IMG/VR virus record: IMGVR_UViG_3300036770_003738 | Coordinates: 20,593-84,592 of that record | Origin: a virus | Direction: 5' to 3' (one strand) | DNA: 64,000 nt | Shown: positions 9,390 through 19,494 of the stretch, in pieces | How positions within the stretch are numbered: position 1 is the stretch's first letter | Layout of the letters: every line of letters begins with the position of its first letter | The notes under the pieces: generated by a model | What the model saw: only the letters and a program-made list of their open reading frames with translations | Told to the model about the DNA's origin: nothing | Database searches by the model: none | Translations under genes and position numbers: made by a program

Positions 9390-12300
9390 ATGACACAACA
9401 GATAATTGACACCGGAGCCCAAGCCAACGATGGAACTGGTGAACCGTTACGCGATGCTTTTACCGCTGTAAACGAAAACTTTACAGAAATATATACTGCT
9501 GGCCCTGTGGGCAGCAATGTTGTAATCAGCGGCAATACTATTGCAGTTACTGGTGTAAACAACAATCTAGTTCTCAAAGCCAACGGCATTGGCAATATTC
9601 AAGCTAACAGCAGCATTGTGCCCAGTATTGATTCTGCATACAATATTGGTAGCCCAGCTTCTAAATTTGATACTGTATATGCTGGTTATTTTTCAGGTAA
9701 CGGTAGTCAGTTAACAGGAGTTGTTTCTTCTGCTGGTTCTTTTATTGCTAACGGTATTAGTAATGTTTCTATTGCTGATGCTAGCGGTCCTGTTACTGTT
9801 AAGATTGGCGCAACTTCAAATCTTGCTGTATTCAGTAGCACTGGGGTAACAGTTGCAGGTAACGTTAGTGGAACTTATATTCTTGGTAACGGTGCATTAC
9901 TAACCGGCATCACTACTTCATATGGCAATTCTAATGTTGCTGCTTACTTACCGACTTATTCAGGAAACCTAAATCCAGACATTATTAGTGCGGCCGGAAA
10001 CATAACCGGTGCAAACATTAACACAAACGGAAATGTTCGCGCACAATACTATATCGGTGACGGTGGTTTTCTAAGTAACATTACAGTAAGCTCTAACGTT
10101 GCTGCTACTCAGTTAGCAAACGGTTCTACTGTTTTAAGTATTGATGGCGCTGATGGTAATATTGTTGCAACTGTTAATGGCACAAGCAATATAGCAGTAA
10201 TAAGTGATCAGGCGTTGACATTAAGTGCAAACTTATTACCAGCAGCAAACGCAACATATAATCTTGGCAGTCCAGCAGCAGCATTTAACGATTTATATCT
10301 ATCCAACAGCACAATTTATCTCGGCAATGCAACAATCAGTGCTAATTCTACTGCGGTTATCTTAACAAACGAAAGTGGTCAACAAACAGTCATCGAAGGT
10401 GCTGGTACGATTGAACCATATGGCGATTCTAATGTGTCTGCTTATCTTGCTAGCGGGACTGATGCTGCTAATATTATTACAATTGGTAATATTAGCGGCG
10501 GCAACTTTATAGGCTCAGGCTCGGCACTTACTTCAATCACTGGTGCCAATGTTACAGGTACAGTAGCTAACGCTACGTATGCTGCAACTGCTGGATTAGC
10601 AACCTCTGCTAGTACTGTAACCACCGCAGCGCAGCCTAACATTACATCGGTTGGTACACTAACTGCACTAAGCATAACTGGTAACGTTACTGCAGACACA
10701 TACTTCATTGGTAACGGTGCGTTACTGACTGGCCTGCCTGCTAGTTACGGGGATTCAAACGTAGTCACATTATTGGATGCGTTTGGATCCAATACTATTG
10801 TTACAACCGGCAATATCAATGGTGGCGCGTTTAATGGACGAGGGTTGTTTAATGGTACCAGCAGTGTAGAAATACCCACTGTTAATAGTAGCATTTTGGT
10901 CGGTGTCAATGGCGTCGGAAGTGTAGAATTCACAGAAGGTGGTATCAATGCTCTGGGCATCACGGCACTAAGCAATATCACTGGTGGAAACCTAACAACA
11001 CAAGGCACTATAAGTGCATTGGGCAACGTTGTTACAGATGGGTATTTTGTTGGTAACTTTGCTGGTAACATCTCTGGTAACTTAACAGTTCCGGGATCAA
11101 ACACACAGGTGCTGTTCAACGTTAACGGCAGCGCTGGCGCAGTAGCAGGTTTCACTTATAACACAGATTCCAACACTATGGCTGTATTGGGTGTTATGTC
11201 TGCTCAAGGCAACGTAATTGCTGCCAATGCTGTGATATCTGGCCTTGCTACCGTAACCGGTAATGTAATTGGTGGCAATCTTGTCACTGCTGGACAAGTT
11301 AGCGCATTTGGCAATATTATTGGTGACTATGTTATTGGTAACGGTGCTTTTTTAACTGGACTACCGGCAACATATGGAAATACCGAAGTTGCTGCTTACT
11401 TGCCAACCTATACTGGTGCATTAGCCGCGCTTGCTGGCGACGTTGTAACTACTGCAAACGTTCAAGGTGCATACATATTAGGAAATGGGTCAGGATTAAG
11501 TGCTATTACTGGCGCTAATGTAACCGGTACCGTGGCCAATGCCACATATGCCGATACTGCCGGTTCTGCAACTAGTGCTACTTCGGCTACAACTGCTGGA
11601 ACAGTTACAACTGCCTCTCAACCGAATATTACATCAGTTGGTACTTTAAGTAGTCTAGAAGTAACCGGCAACACAACATCAGGTAATTTATATTCAAACG
11701 GTAGTTTGACTGCGGTAACCTTTGCTTACCTTAATACAATTGTTCCTCGAACAAATAGCACAGTTCTTATTGCAGCAGGCAATATTGCGTTAACTGGCGA
11801 GATTAATCATACTGGTGCCAATTTAAACACAACTGTTATTGTAGCAAGTGGTAATATTAATGGCGGTAACTTAGTTACAGGCGGAGTAGTTGATGCTGAA
11901 TCAGTTGACGCTAACTCAGCAATCATTGGGGGCAACTTAACTGTAAATGGAAATGTTACTTCTACTACTAATCTAACATTACGTCCAGGAATTGGCAGTA
12001 ACATTAACTTCCCTGTACTCGGTGGTAACATTACTTTTGAATCTGCAACCGGTAATGCTGGATTTCCTGGCGCAGTCTACACCGGAGACCAAGTTGTCAC
12101 TGGTAACATTGGTGCAACAGGATTTGTTAGTGTAGGCGGTAATGTAACTGCAGGCACAGGTAGTTTCTTCATTGGTGACGGTGGACTATTAAGCAATATT
12201 AGTGTAGCTGCCGGATCAACAATTCTTAACGGTAATAGCAACGTTAGTGTTGCAGCAGCAGGCAACGTTACAGTATCAGTTGGTGGAGTTAATAGTGTAC

Positions 12301-15300
12301 TAACCGTTACTGAAACTGGTGCAAACATTGCTGGAACAATTAGTGCCAGTGGTAACATTGATGGTAGCAACATCAATGGCAATGGCTCAGGACTGAGTTC
12401 TATAACTGGTGCCAATGTCACAGGTACTGTGGCCAATGCCACATATGCAGACACTGCTGGATCAGCAACAACTGCTGGCACAGTGACCACTGCAGCTCAA
12501 CCCAATATCACAAGTGTTGGCACTTTGAGTTCGGTGACAGTAACAGGCAACATCGATGGCGCAAACATCAACGGTAATGGTTCTGGATTAACCAGTATCA
12601 CTGGTGCTAATGTCATAGGTATTGTGGCCAATGCCACATATGCTGATAGCGCAGGATCAGCAACAACAGCTACCACAGCTACCACAGCAGGTACAGTGAC
12701 CACTGCAGCACAACCAAATATTACTTCAGTTGGTACCTTGAGTTCGGTGACAGTAACTGGCAATATCTCAGGTGGTAATCTTGACACCACTGGAATTATT
12801 AATGCAGCATCATTGAGTACCAGCGGCAACGCAGTAATCGGTGGCGACCTAGTAGTGAACGGTAACCTTGCGTACCTCAATATCAACGCACTTAGCGTTG
12901 AAGATCCGATTATCAGTATTGGTAGAGGTCCAAACAATGCTCCATTGATTGCCAACGATGGCAAAGATCGTGGCGAACTACTGTACTATTATTCAGGTTC
13001 TGAAAAATCTGCATTTATTGGTTTTGATGACACTACTAATAAATTGTTTGCTGCCTCTGATGTTAGCGTTGCTAACGAGATTGTGTCTGTAAACAGCTAC
13101 GGCACATTTGTAGTTGGTGCACTTGAAGGTACTAGTGTAAGCGTAACAGGTAACATTGATGGTGGCAACATCAATGGCAATGGCTCAGGACTGAGTTCTA
13201 TAACTGGTGCCAATGTCACAGGTACTGTGGCCAATGCCACATATGCAACCAGTGCTGGATCAGCAACAACAGCTACCACAGCTACCACAGCAACCACAGC
13301 AGGTACAGTGACCACTGCAGCACAACCTAATATTACCTCAGTTGGCACACTAACATCTGTTACTGTAACAGGTAACATTGATGGTGGCAACATCAATGGC
13401 AATGGCTCAGGACTGAGTTCTATAACTGGTGCCAATGTCACAGGTACTGTGGCCAATGCCACATATGCAACCAGTGCTGGATCAGCCACTTCGGCAACTA
13501 CAGCTACTTCAGCAACAACCGCTGGCACTGTAACTACAGCAGCACAACCCAATATCACAAGTGTTGGCACACTAACATCTGTTACTGTAACAGGTAACAT
13601 TGATGGTGGCAACATCAATGGCAATGGCTCAGGACTGAGTTCTATAACTGGTGCCAATGTCACAGGTACTGTGGCCAATGCCACATATGCAACCAGTGCT
13701 GGATCAGCAACCACAGCAGGTACAGTGACCACTGCAGCACAACCCAATATCACAAGTGTTGGCACACTAACATCTGTTACTGTAACAGGTAACATTGATG
13801 GTGGCAACTTGACCACAGGCGGACAAGTTAGCGCTGCAGGTAACATCACTGGTGGTAATGTTAATACAGCCGGATTAGTACAAAGTGCGTTGTTGTCAGC
13901 AACTGGCAACGTTATTGGTGGTAACATCGTCAGTCAAGATCAAATACAAGGTGTATCACTAAATGCTAGCAGTAACATAACTGGCGGCAATCTTGTTACC
14001 AGTGGTTTGATTACTGCTACAGGTAGCATTGCTACTAGCAGCAGTTTAACAGTAGCAACAACTGTATCTGCTACCGGTAACATAACTGGCGGCAACATTA
14101 ACACCAGCGGTTCTATCACTGCCACAGGCGGTATAAACGTTGCTAATGTGGTAACGGGCGGGCTGATCACTGCAACTGGTAACGTAAACGGCGGCAATAT
14201 CAACACCGGAGGTTTAGTAAGCTCAACTGGTGACGTAATTGGTGGCAACTTAGTCACCGCTGGCCTGGTTGTAGCAACAGGTAACGTGAGTGGTGCTAAT
14301 ATTTTTGCCACAGGCACAGTTAGTGCCACTGGCAACTTAGATGCAACTGGCAACGTCAATGCCACAAACTTTGTAGGTACGCTAGTAGGTGACATTGCGC
14401 TAACAGGGAGCAACAGTCAGGTATTGTTTAACCTTGACGGAGTGATTGGCAGCGATACTGGATTTGTTTACGACTATGCGGCAAATGCTTTAACAGTTGG
14501 TGGTAACATTGCTACTGCTAACGGTGGTAGTTTGGTAGTATCAGGCATTGTTACTGCAACCGGAAACATCATTAGCGTAGCCAACATAGCAGGCGGCAAT
14601 ATCAGTTCAAGCGGTCAGATTTCTGCTGCTGGTAACGTTACTGGCGGCAACATTATTACTTCTGCCTTAGTACAAGGTGCCATAGTTAGCGCAACTGGTA
14701 ACGTAACTGGCGGAAACATTACTACTGCTGGTCTTGCAACAGTAACCGGTAACGTATCTGGCGGCAACATTAACACTGGCGGTTTGGTTAGTGCAACTGG
14801 TAATGTAATTGGTGGTAATATTGTCACTGCTGGCTCAATTAGTGCAGCAGGCAACATCGATGGCGGCAATATCAATACTGCAGGCCTGATTAGTGTAACT
14901 GGTGATGTCACTGGTGCTAACGTAGTATCAGCTACTACATTTAGCGGAACCACAGTAACCGTGACTGGTAACGTCACAGGCGGTAATATCAACACCGGTG
15001 GATTGATAAGTTCAACTGGTAATGTAATTGGTGGTAACATCAACACTGCTGGTTTAGTAAGCTCGTCTGGTAACGTAATTGGTGGTAATATTGTCACTGC
15101 AGCCCTAGTACAAGGTGCTACTGTTAGTGCAACTGGTAACGTAATTGGCGGTAATGTTAACACAGCTGGTTTGGTTAGTGCAACTGGCAATATAAATGGC
15201 GGCAACGTTAACGCAGCAGGATTGAGCTTGAGCGGCAACGTGCTGAGCGTGATCAACTCTACTTCAAACATTAATACTACTGGCAACATAACTGCCAATA

Positions 15301-15389
15301 ATATCGTCGGCACAACCAGCATAAGTATTAACGGACAGACATTGGCCACAGTGGATGACGCAACAGCTTTAGCAATAGCATTAGGATAA
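9390..15389 (+). CDS. Long tail fibre/baseplate-attached repeat protein (1999 aa) with T4 gp9/gp10-like N-terminus
   Basis: N-terminal DTGAQANDGTGEPLRDAFTAVNENFTEIY motif; GNxTGGN and AAQPNITSVGTL repeats. Confidence 0.82.
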   Translation: MTQQIIDTGAQANDGTGEPLRDAFTAVNENFTEIYTAGPVGSNVVISGNTIAVTGVNNNLVLKANGIGNIQANSSIVPSIDSAYNIGSPASKFDTVYAGYFSGNGSQLTGVVSSAGSFIANGISNVSIADASGPVTVKIGATSNLAVFSSTGVTVAGNVSGTYILGNGALLTGITTSYGNSNVAAYLPTYSGNLNPDIISAAGNITGANINTNGNVRAQYYIGDGGFLSNITVSSNVAATQLANGSTVLSIDGADGNIVATVNGTSNIAVISDQALTLSANLLPAANATYNLGSPAAAFNDLYLSNSTIYLGNATISANSTAVILTNESGQQTVIEGAGTIEPYGDSNVSAYLASGTDAANIITIGNISGGNFIGSGSALTSITGANVTGTVANATYAATAGLATSASTVTTAAQPNITSVGTLTALSITGNVTADTYFIGNGALLTGLPASYGDSNVVTLLDAFGSNTIVTTGNINGGAFNGRGLFNGTSSVEIPTVNSSILVGVNGVGSVEFTEGGINALGITALSNITGGNLTTQGTISALGNVVTDGYFVGNFAGNISGNLTVPGSNTQVLFNVNGSAGAVAGFTYNTDSNTMAVLGVMSAQGNVIAANAVISGLATVTGNVIGGNLVTAGQVSAFGNIIGDYVIGNGAFLTGLPATYGNTEVAAYLPTYTGALAALAGDVVTTANVQGAYILGNGSGLSAITGANVTGTVANATYADTAGSATSATSATTAGTVTTASQPNITSVGTLSSLEVTGNTTSGNLYSNGSLTAVTFAYLNTIVPRTNSTVLIAAGNIALTGEINHTGANLNTTVIVASGNINGGNLVTGGVVDAESVDANSAIIGGNLTVNGNVTSTTNLTLRPGIGSNINFPVLGGNITFESATGNAGFPGAVYTGDQVVTGNIGATGFVSVGGNVTAGTGSFFIGDGGLLSNISVAAGSTILNGNSNVSVAAAGNVTVSVGGVNSVLTVTETGANIAGTISASGNIDGSNINGNGSGLSSITGANVTGTVANATYADTAGSATTAGTVTTAAQPNITSVGTLSSVTVTGNIDGANINGNGSGLTSITGANVIGIVANATYADSAGSATTATTATTAGTVTTAAQPNITSVGTLSSVTVTGNISGGNLDTTGIINAASLSTSGNAVIGGDLVVNGNLAYLNINALSVEDPIISIGRGPNNAPLIANDGKDRGELLYYYSGSEKSAFIGFDDTTNKLFAASDVSVANEIVSVNSYGTFVVGALEGTSVSVTGNIDGGNINGNGSGLSSITGANVTGTVANATYATSAGSATTATTATTATTAGTVTTAAQPNITSVGTLTSVTVTGNIDGGNINGNGSGLSSITGANVTGTVANATYATSAGSATSATTATSATTAGTVTTAAQPNITSVGTLTSVTVTGNIDGGNINGNGSGLSSITGANVTGTVANATYATSAGSATTAGTVTTAAQPNITSVGTLTSVTVTGNIDGGNLTTGGQVSAAGNITGGNVNTAGLVQSALLSATGNVIGGNIVSQDQIQGVSLNASSNITGGNLVTSGLITATGSIATSSSLTVATTVSATGNITGGNINTSGSITATGGINVANVVTGGLITATGNVNGGNINTGGLVSSTGDVIGGNLVTAGLVVATGNVSGANIFATGTVSATGNLDATGNVNATNFVGTLVGDIALTGSNSQVLFNLDGVIGSDTGFVYDYAANALTVGGNIATANGGSLVVSGIVTATGNIISVANIAGGNISSSGQISAAGNVTGGNIITSALVQGAIVSATGNVTGGNITTAGLATVTGNVSGGNINTGGLVSATGNVIGGNIVTAGSISAAGNIDGGNINTAGLISVTGDVTGANVVSATTFSGTTVTVTGNVTGGNINTGGLISSTGNVIGGNINTAGLVSSSGNVIGGNIVTAALVQGATVSATGNVIGGNVNTAGLVSATGNINGGNVNAAGLSLSGNVLSVINSTSNINTTGNITANNIVGTTSISINGQTLATVDDATALAIALG
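13143..13808 (+). repeat. Near-identical intragenic tandem repeat (units start at 13143, 13365, 13587, 13782)
   Basis: gtaacaggtaacattgatggtggcaac... recurs with periods of 222, 222 and 195 bp; a further close copy lies near 12351. Confidence 0.9.
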
Positions 15390-15392
15390 AAA

Positions 15393-15725
15393 ATGGCAAA
15401 TACATTTACAAGAAAACTCAGCAGAGGGGTTGGAACCACAGCAGCAGCAATAGGTAGCTATACTGTGGCTGCTAACACAACTGTTGTGATTGTTGGACTT
15501 ACTGTGACCAATACTAGTGGCAGTGCAATTACTGCTAACGTATTCATCAATGACGGTGCTGCTAACACTTCTGTTGTGACTAACGCCCCTATTAGTTCAG
15601 GAGCAAGTTTGATCCCAGTAGGCGGAGATCAAAAGATAGTACTTTTAACAGGAGATTCAGTTTACGTTCAGAGCAGCGCAGCTTCAAGTGTTGATGCAAT
15701 TCTCAGCATAATGGAAATCACCTAA
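15393..15725 (+). CDS. Small virion/tail-fibre-associated protein
   Basis: MANTF...GGDQKIVLLTGD...S(I)MEIT type of small structural protein; located within the fibre operon. Confidence 0.6.
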   Translation: MANTFTRKLSRGVGTTAAAIGSYTVAANTTVVIVGLTVTNTSGSAITANVFINDGAANTSVVTNAPISSGASLIPVGGDQKIVLLTGDSVYVQSSAASSVDAILSIMEIT

Positions 15726-18700
15726 TGAGCTATATTGGTATTAACCCTAATACCCCGTTATTGAACACTAGTTCTCAGAACTTTAGTGGCGACGGGGCAA
15801 CCACGCAGTTTACTCTGTCTAGAGCAGTTGCTTCGGCCTCAGATTTGGACGTAATTGTCAGCAATTCTGCACAACGCCCGGGTGTTGATTTTACAGCACA
15901 AAATACTACATTATTGTTTACTAGTGCTCCGGCTTCAGGTACCAACAATATCACTGTAACCTATCGCGGTGGTGCTCTAAATACCCTAGATCTTACTGCT
16001 ACAGTATTCAATGCTGGTGCCGTTGGCGACCCAAGCGTAGTCAGTTTAGCAGCAGACAACACAGGTATCTACTGGCCTGATGCTAGCACAATGGCAGTTA
16101 CGGTAGCAGGTGCCAATCGTGCGTTGTTCAATGCTACAGCAACTTCAACTAGTTCTACTACAGGTGCTATAACTACACCCGGTGGTGTCGGCGTCGGTGG
16201 CAACATTTTTACAGGTGGCCGAGTTAGCATTGGTAGTACTACAGAAAGTTCAAACATCGGCACAGGTGCTCTTACTGTAGCAGGCGGTGCAGGCATTGTT
16301 GGTAACTTGAACATTGGCGGTGACATCACTTGCGTAGGTGACTTTACTGTTAACGGAACATTTACTACAACAGGCACAGACAGCCTGGATGTAAACGATC
16401 CGTTTATTTTCTTAGCCAATGCTAACCCAGGAGACACCTATGATTCAGGTGTGGTTACTGAATATTACGACGGGGCAACCACAAGATATTCTGGTTACTT
16501 CCGTGACGTAACAGATGGCAAGTACAAACTGTTTGGTAACTTAACTGTTAAACCTAGCACCACAGTTGATACCTCTGATGCTAGCTTTGCTTACAATGAT
16601 CTAATTTTAGCCAATATTTCAGCTACTGGCAACGTAACAGGCACATATATTCTTGGTAATGGATCTTTGCTGACCGGTATTTCTACCGATCAAAGTCAGA
16701 TTTACAGCGGTAACAGCAAAGTAGGCTTTGCTGGGATCAACGGCAACGTTGTAGCCAACGTAAACAACGTGACTATTGCTGTGGTATCAAGCACTGGTGT
16801 TGCAGTAACCGGACAGGTGTCCGGAACCACAGTCAGTGCTAGTGGTAACATCACTGGCGGCAACTTGATCAGCAACGGATCGTTGAGCACAGTTGGCAAC
16901 ATCAACAGTACCGCCGGTAACCTCAGCATGGGCAACTTGATCACTGCTGGACTTGTTACTGCTATAGGTACAGTTACTGGTGGCAACCTAGCCACCAGCG
17001 GAACTGCTAGTGCAGGCGGAAACGTCACGGGTGCTAATGTTGTCACAGGCGGTGTAGTTACTGCAACAGGGAACGTCACAGGTGGTAATATCAATACCGC
17101 AGGTCAAGTAAGTGCTGCAGGCAACGTTACCGGCAGTTACTTTTTGGGCAACGGTAGTCAACTAACTGGTATTGATGCAACAAGTATTCAAAATGGAACA
17201 AGCAATGTTCGTGTTGTAAGTTCTGGTGGTAATGTAGCAGTTGGAATTGGTGGAACATCCAATGTGGCTGTTTATGCAACCACTGGCGAGTATATAACTG
17301 GATTAATCAGTGCTACTGGTAACGTTACTGGCGGCAACGTTAACACTGCTGGTTTGGTATCAGCTACTGGCGCAGTAAATGCAGGAAGTGTTGTAGCAGG
17401 CACTACAATCAGTGCTGCTGGCAACGTTACTGGCGGAAATATTAGAACAGCAGGTCAAGTAAGTGCTACAGGAGCAATTACTGGTGCTGCTATTACTGGA
17501 ACAACAATTTCAGGTTCTGGCAACGTTACTGGTGCCAATATTAACACTGGGGGCTTGATATTAGCTACAGGTTCTATTACTGGTGCTGCTATTACTGGCA
17601 CAACAGTTTCGGGCTCAGGCAACGTTACTGGTGCTAACTTTATTACTAGCGGATTGTTAACTGCCACTGGTAACATTACTGGCGGTAACTTGATTACCGC
17701 CAGTGCAACAATAGGCGCAGACGGAACGATATCTGGCACAGGCACAATCACTGGTGGCAACCTTGTAACTAACGGATACATCACCGCAGGACAATATGTG
17801 TCTGCTACCGGCAACGTAACTGGTGGTAACATCAACACTGCTGGCCTGGTATCAGCTACAGGCAATATCACAAACGGTATTGCTAACGTGCTTACTGGAA
17901 ATGCTATTGTTACTACCTTGGTCCAAGGTACAACGGTTAGTGCTACTGGCAATGTTAACGCCACTGGCAATATTTCGGGTGGTAACATTGCAGTTACAGG
18001 CAATGCATCTGCAGCTACTGCTGCAGCAGATTCTAATACTACGCAATTAGCAACCACAGCTTATGTGGTAGGACAAGCAAGCTCGACTACACCTATAGCA
18101 ATTGGTACTGGTGCAGTAGGCACTAGTGTAAAATATGCTAGAGCAGATCACACTCACACTGGTGTAACTAGTGTAAACGGATCATCTGGTGCTGTCACAG
18201 GCATTGCTACTACAGCAGGCAACTTGGCACAGTTTGCTAGCACTACAAGTTCACAACTAGCTGGGGTAATATTTGATGAAACTGGTTCAGGTAGTTTGGT
18301 ATTTGCTAATACTCCAACCCTGGTTACTCCAATACTTGGTGCAGCAACTGGCACAAGCATAAGTGTTAGCGGTAACGTTACTGCTTCGTATGTAATCGGT
18401 AATGGTAGTCTGTTGTCGAGCATTACTGGTGCCAATATCACAGGTACCGTGGCCAATGCTACATATGCTACATCAGCTGGATCAGCAACAACTGCTACTT
18501 CAGCAACCAGCGCGACCAGTGCAACGTCGGCTACCAATGCAACTAACGCAAGTTATGCATATGTTGAACAAGATCTAACAACCGCTGCAGCTAGATATCT
18601 AACATTTGTTGATTCTACTACTGCTGGTAATCAACGTTTAAATCTTGACAATACACTTAGCTATAACCCAAGTACTGGCACTTTATCTGCAACAATCTTT

Positions 18701-19099
18701 AGCGGTATTGCAACATCAGCCCGATATGCTGACTTGGCAGAAAATTATGCTGCTGATGCAGAATATTCTCCGGGTACTGTTTTGATTTTTGGTGGCACAA
18801 ACGAAGTTACGTTAGCAACACAACCTGGCGATCAACGTATAGCAGGTGTGATTACTACCAATCCTGCTCACCTGATGAATTCTGCTATTGATTGCGAATA
18901 TCCAGCGGCAATTGCGTTGCAAGGTCGTGTACCAACTTTTGTAGTAGGACCGGTGCGCAAAGGTGACATGATGGTGTCAGCTGGCAACGGTCGCGCTCAG
19001 GCATGCTCAACTCCTGCTATCGGCAGTGTGATTGGCAAAGCACTGGAAAACTTTGATGGCGAGCAAGGCGTTATCGAAATTGTTGTAGGAAGATTGTAA
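15725..19099 (+). CDS. Tail fibre-like repeat protein (1124 aa) with C-terminal YADLAE chaperone-like domain
   Basis: FSGDGATTQFTL N-terminus, SATGN repeats, QLATTAYV and ARADHTH fibre motifs; C-terminal domain paralogous to that of 6366..9332. Confidence 0.82.
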   Translation: MSYIGINPNTPLLNTSSQNFSGDGATTQFTLSRAVASASDLDVIVSNSAQRPGVDFTAQNTTLLFTSAPASGTNNITVTYRGGALNTLDLTATVFNAGAVGDPSVVSLAADNTGIYWPDASTMAVTVAGANRALFNATATSTSSTTGAITTPGGVGVGGNIFTGGRVSIGSTTESSNIGTGALTVAGGAGIVGNLNIGGDITCVGDFTVNGTFTTTGTDSLDVNDPFIFLANANPGDTYDSGVVTEYYDGATTRYSGYFRDVTDGKYKLFGNLTVKPSTTVDTSDASFAYNDLILANISATGNVTGTYILGNGSLLTGISTDQSQIYSGNSKVGFAGINGNVVANVNNVTIAVVSSTGVAVTGQVSGTTVSASGNITGGNLISNGSLSTVGNINSTAGNLSMGNLITAGLVTAIGTVTGGNLATSGTASAGGNVTGANVVTGGVVTATGNVTGGNINTAGQVSAAGNVTGSYFLGNGSQLTGIDATSIQNGTSNVRVVSSGGNVAVGIGGTSNVAVYATTGEYITGLISATGNVTGGNVNTAGLVSATGAVNAGSVVAGTTISAAGNVTGGNIRTAGQVSATGAITGAAITGTTISGSGNVTGANINTGGLILATGSITGAAITGTTVSGSGNVTGANFITSGLLTATGNITGGNLITASATIGADGTISGTGTITGGNLVTNGYITAGQYVSATGNVTGGNINTAGLVSATGNITNGIANVLTGNAIVTTLVQGTTVSATGNVNATGNISGGNIAVTGNASAATAAADSNTTQLATTAYVVGQASSTTPIAIGTGAVGTSVKYARADHTHTGVTSVNGSSGAVTGIATTAGNLAQFASTTSSQLAGVIFDETGSGSLVFANTPTLVTPILGAATGTSISVSGNVTASYVIGNGSLLSSITGANITGTVANATYATSAGSATTATSATSATSATSATNATNASYAYVEQDLTTAAARYLTFVDSTTAGNQRLNLDNTLSYNPSTGTLSATIFSGIATSARYADLAENYAADAEYSPGTVLIFGGTNEVTLATQPGDQRIAGVITTNPAHLMNSAIDCEYPAAIALQGRVPTFVVGPVRKGDMMVSAGNGRAQACSTPAIGSVIGKALENFDGEQGVIEIVVGRL

Positions 19100-19491
19100 T
19101 GGCATATTTAGGTAATACCCCTCAAACAGGACAGTATCGTAAAATGGACTCGTTGAGTTTTGACGGGACAACTAACACATTCAATATCACCGTTGACGGC
19201 GTGGCTTTTACACCACCCACAGCTTATGCTATGATGATAAGTTTGAACAATGTGATATTAAATCCTGACATAGGGTTCAGTGTTAGTGGTAGCACTATCA
19301 GTTTTGCAACCCCTCCGGCTGCACTAACTCCATTTTTTGGATTGATATTTGGAGATACACTATATACTGGCACACCTAGTGATGCAACAGTTATTGACAG
19401 CAAAATTGCAGTAGGAACAATCAGTTATAACAAGTTCTCTACAAACACGCAAGCGACCCTGACAGCAAATCAAATTATATTTGGAGTTTAA
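19099..19491 (+). CDS. Small virion structural protein
   Basis: MAYLGNTP...FDGTTNTF...ISFATPP, similar to the N-terminus of 15725; translationally coupled. Confidence 0.6.
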   Translation: MAYLGNTPQTGQYRKMDSLSFDGTTNTFNITVDGVAFTPPTAYAMMISLNNVILNPDIGFSVSGSTISFATPPAALTPFFGLIFGDTLYTGTPSDATVIDSKIAVGTISYNKFSTNTQATLTANQIIFGV

Positions 19492-19494
19492 GAG

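Noticed and set aside
13143-13808. Tandem repeats as a CRISPR array or DGR template/variable pair
   Set aside because: The repeats are in-frame coding units without unique spacers, the differences are not adenine-specific, and no cas or reverse transcriptase gene is in the window.
6437-18537. Many long minus-strand ORFs (LPPVTLPVA repeats) opposite the fibre genes
   Set aside because: Shadow ORFs produced by repetitive Gly/Asn/Thr/Val codons, which rarely give antisense stops; no promoters or SDs.
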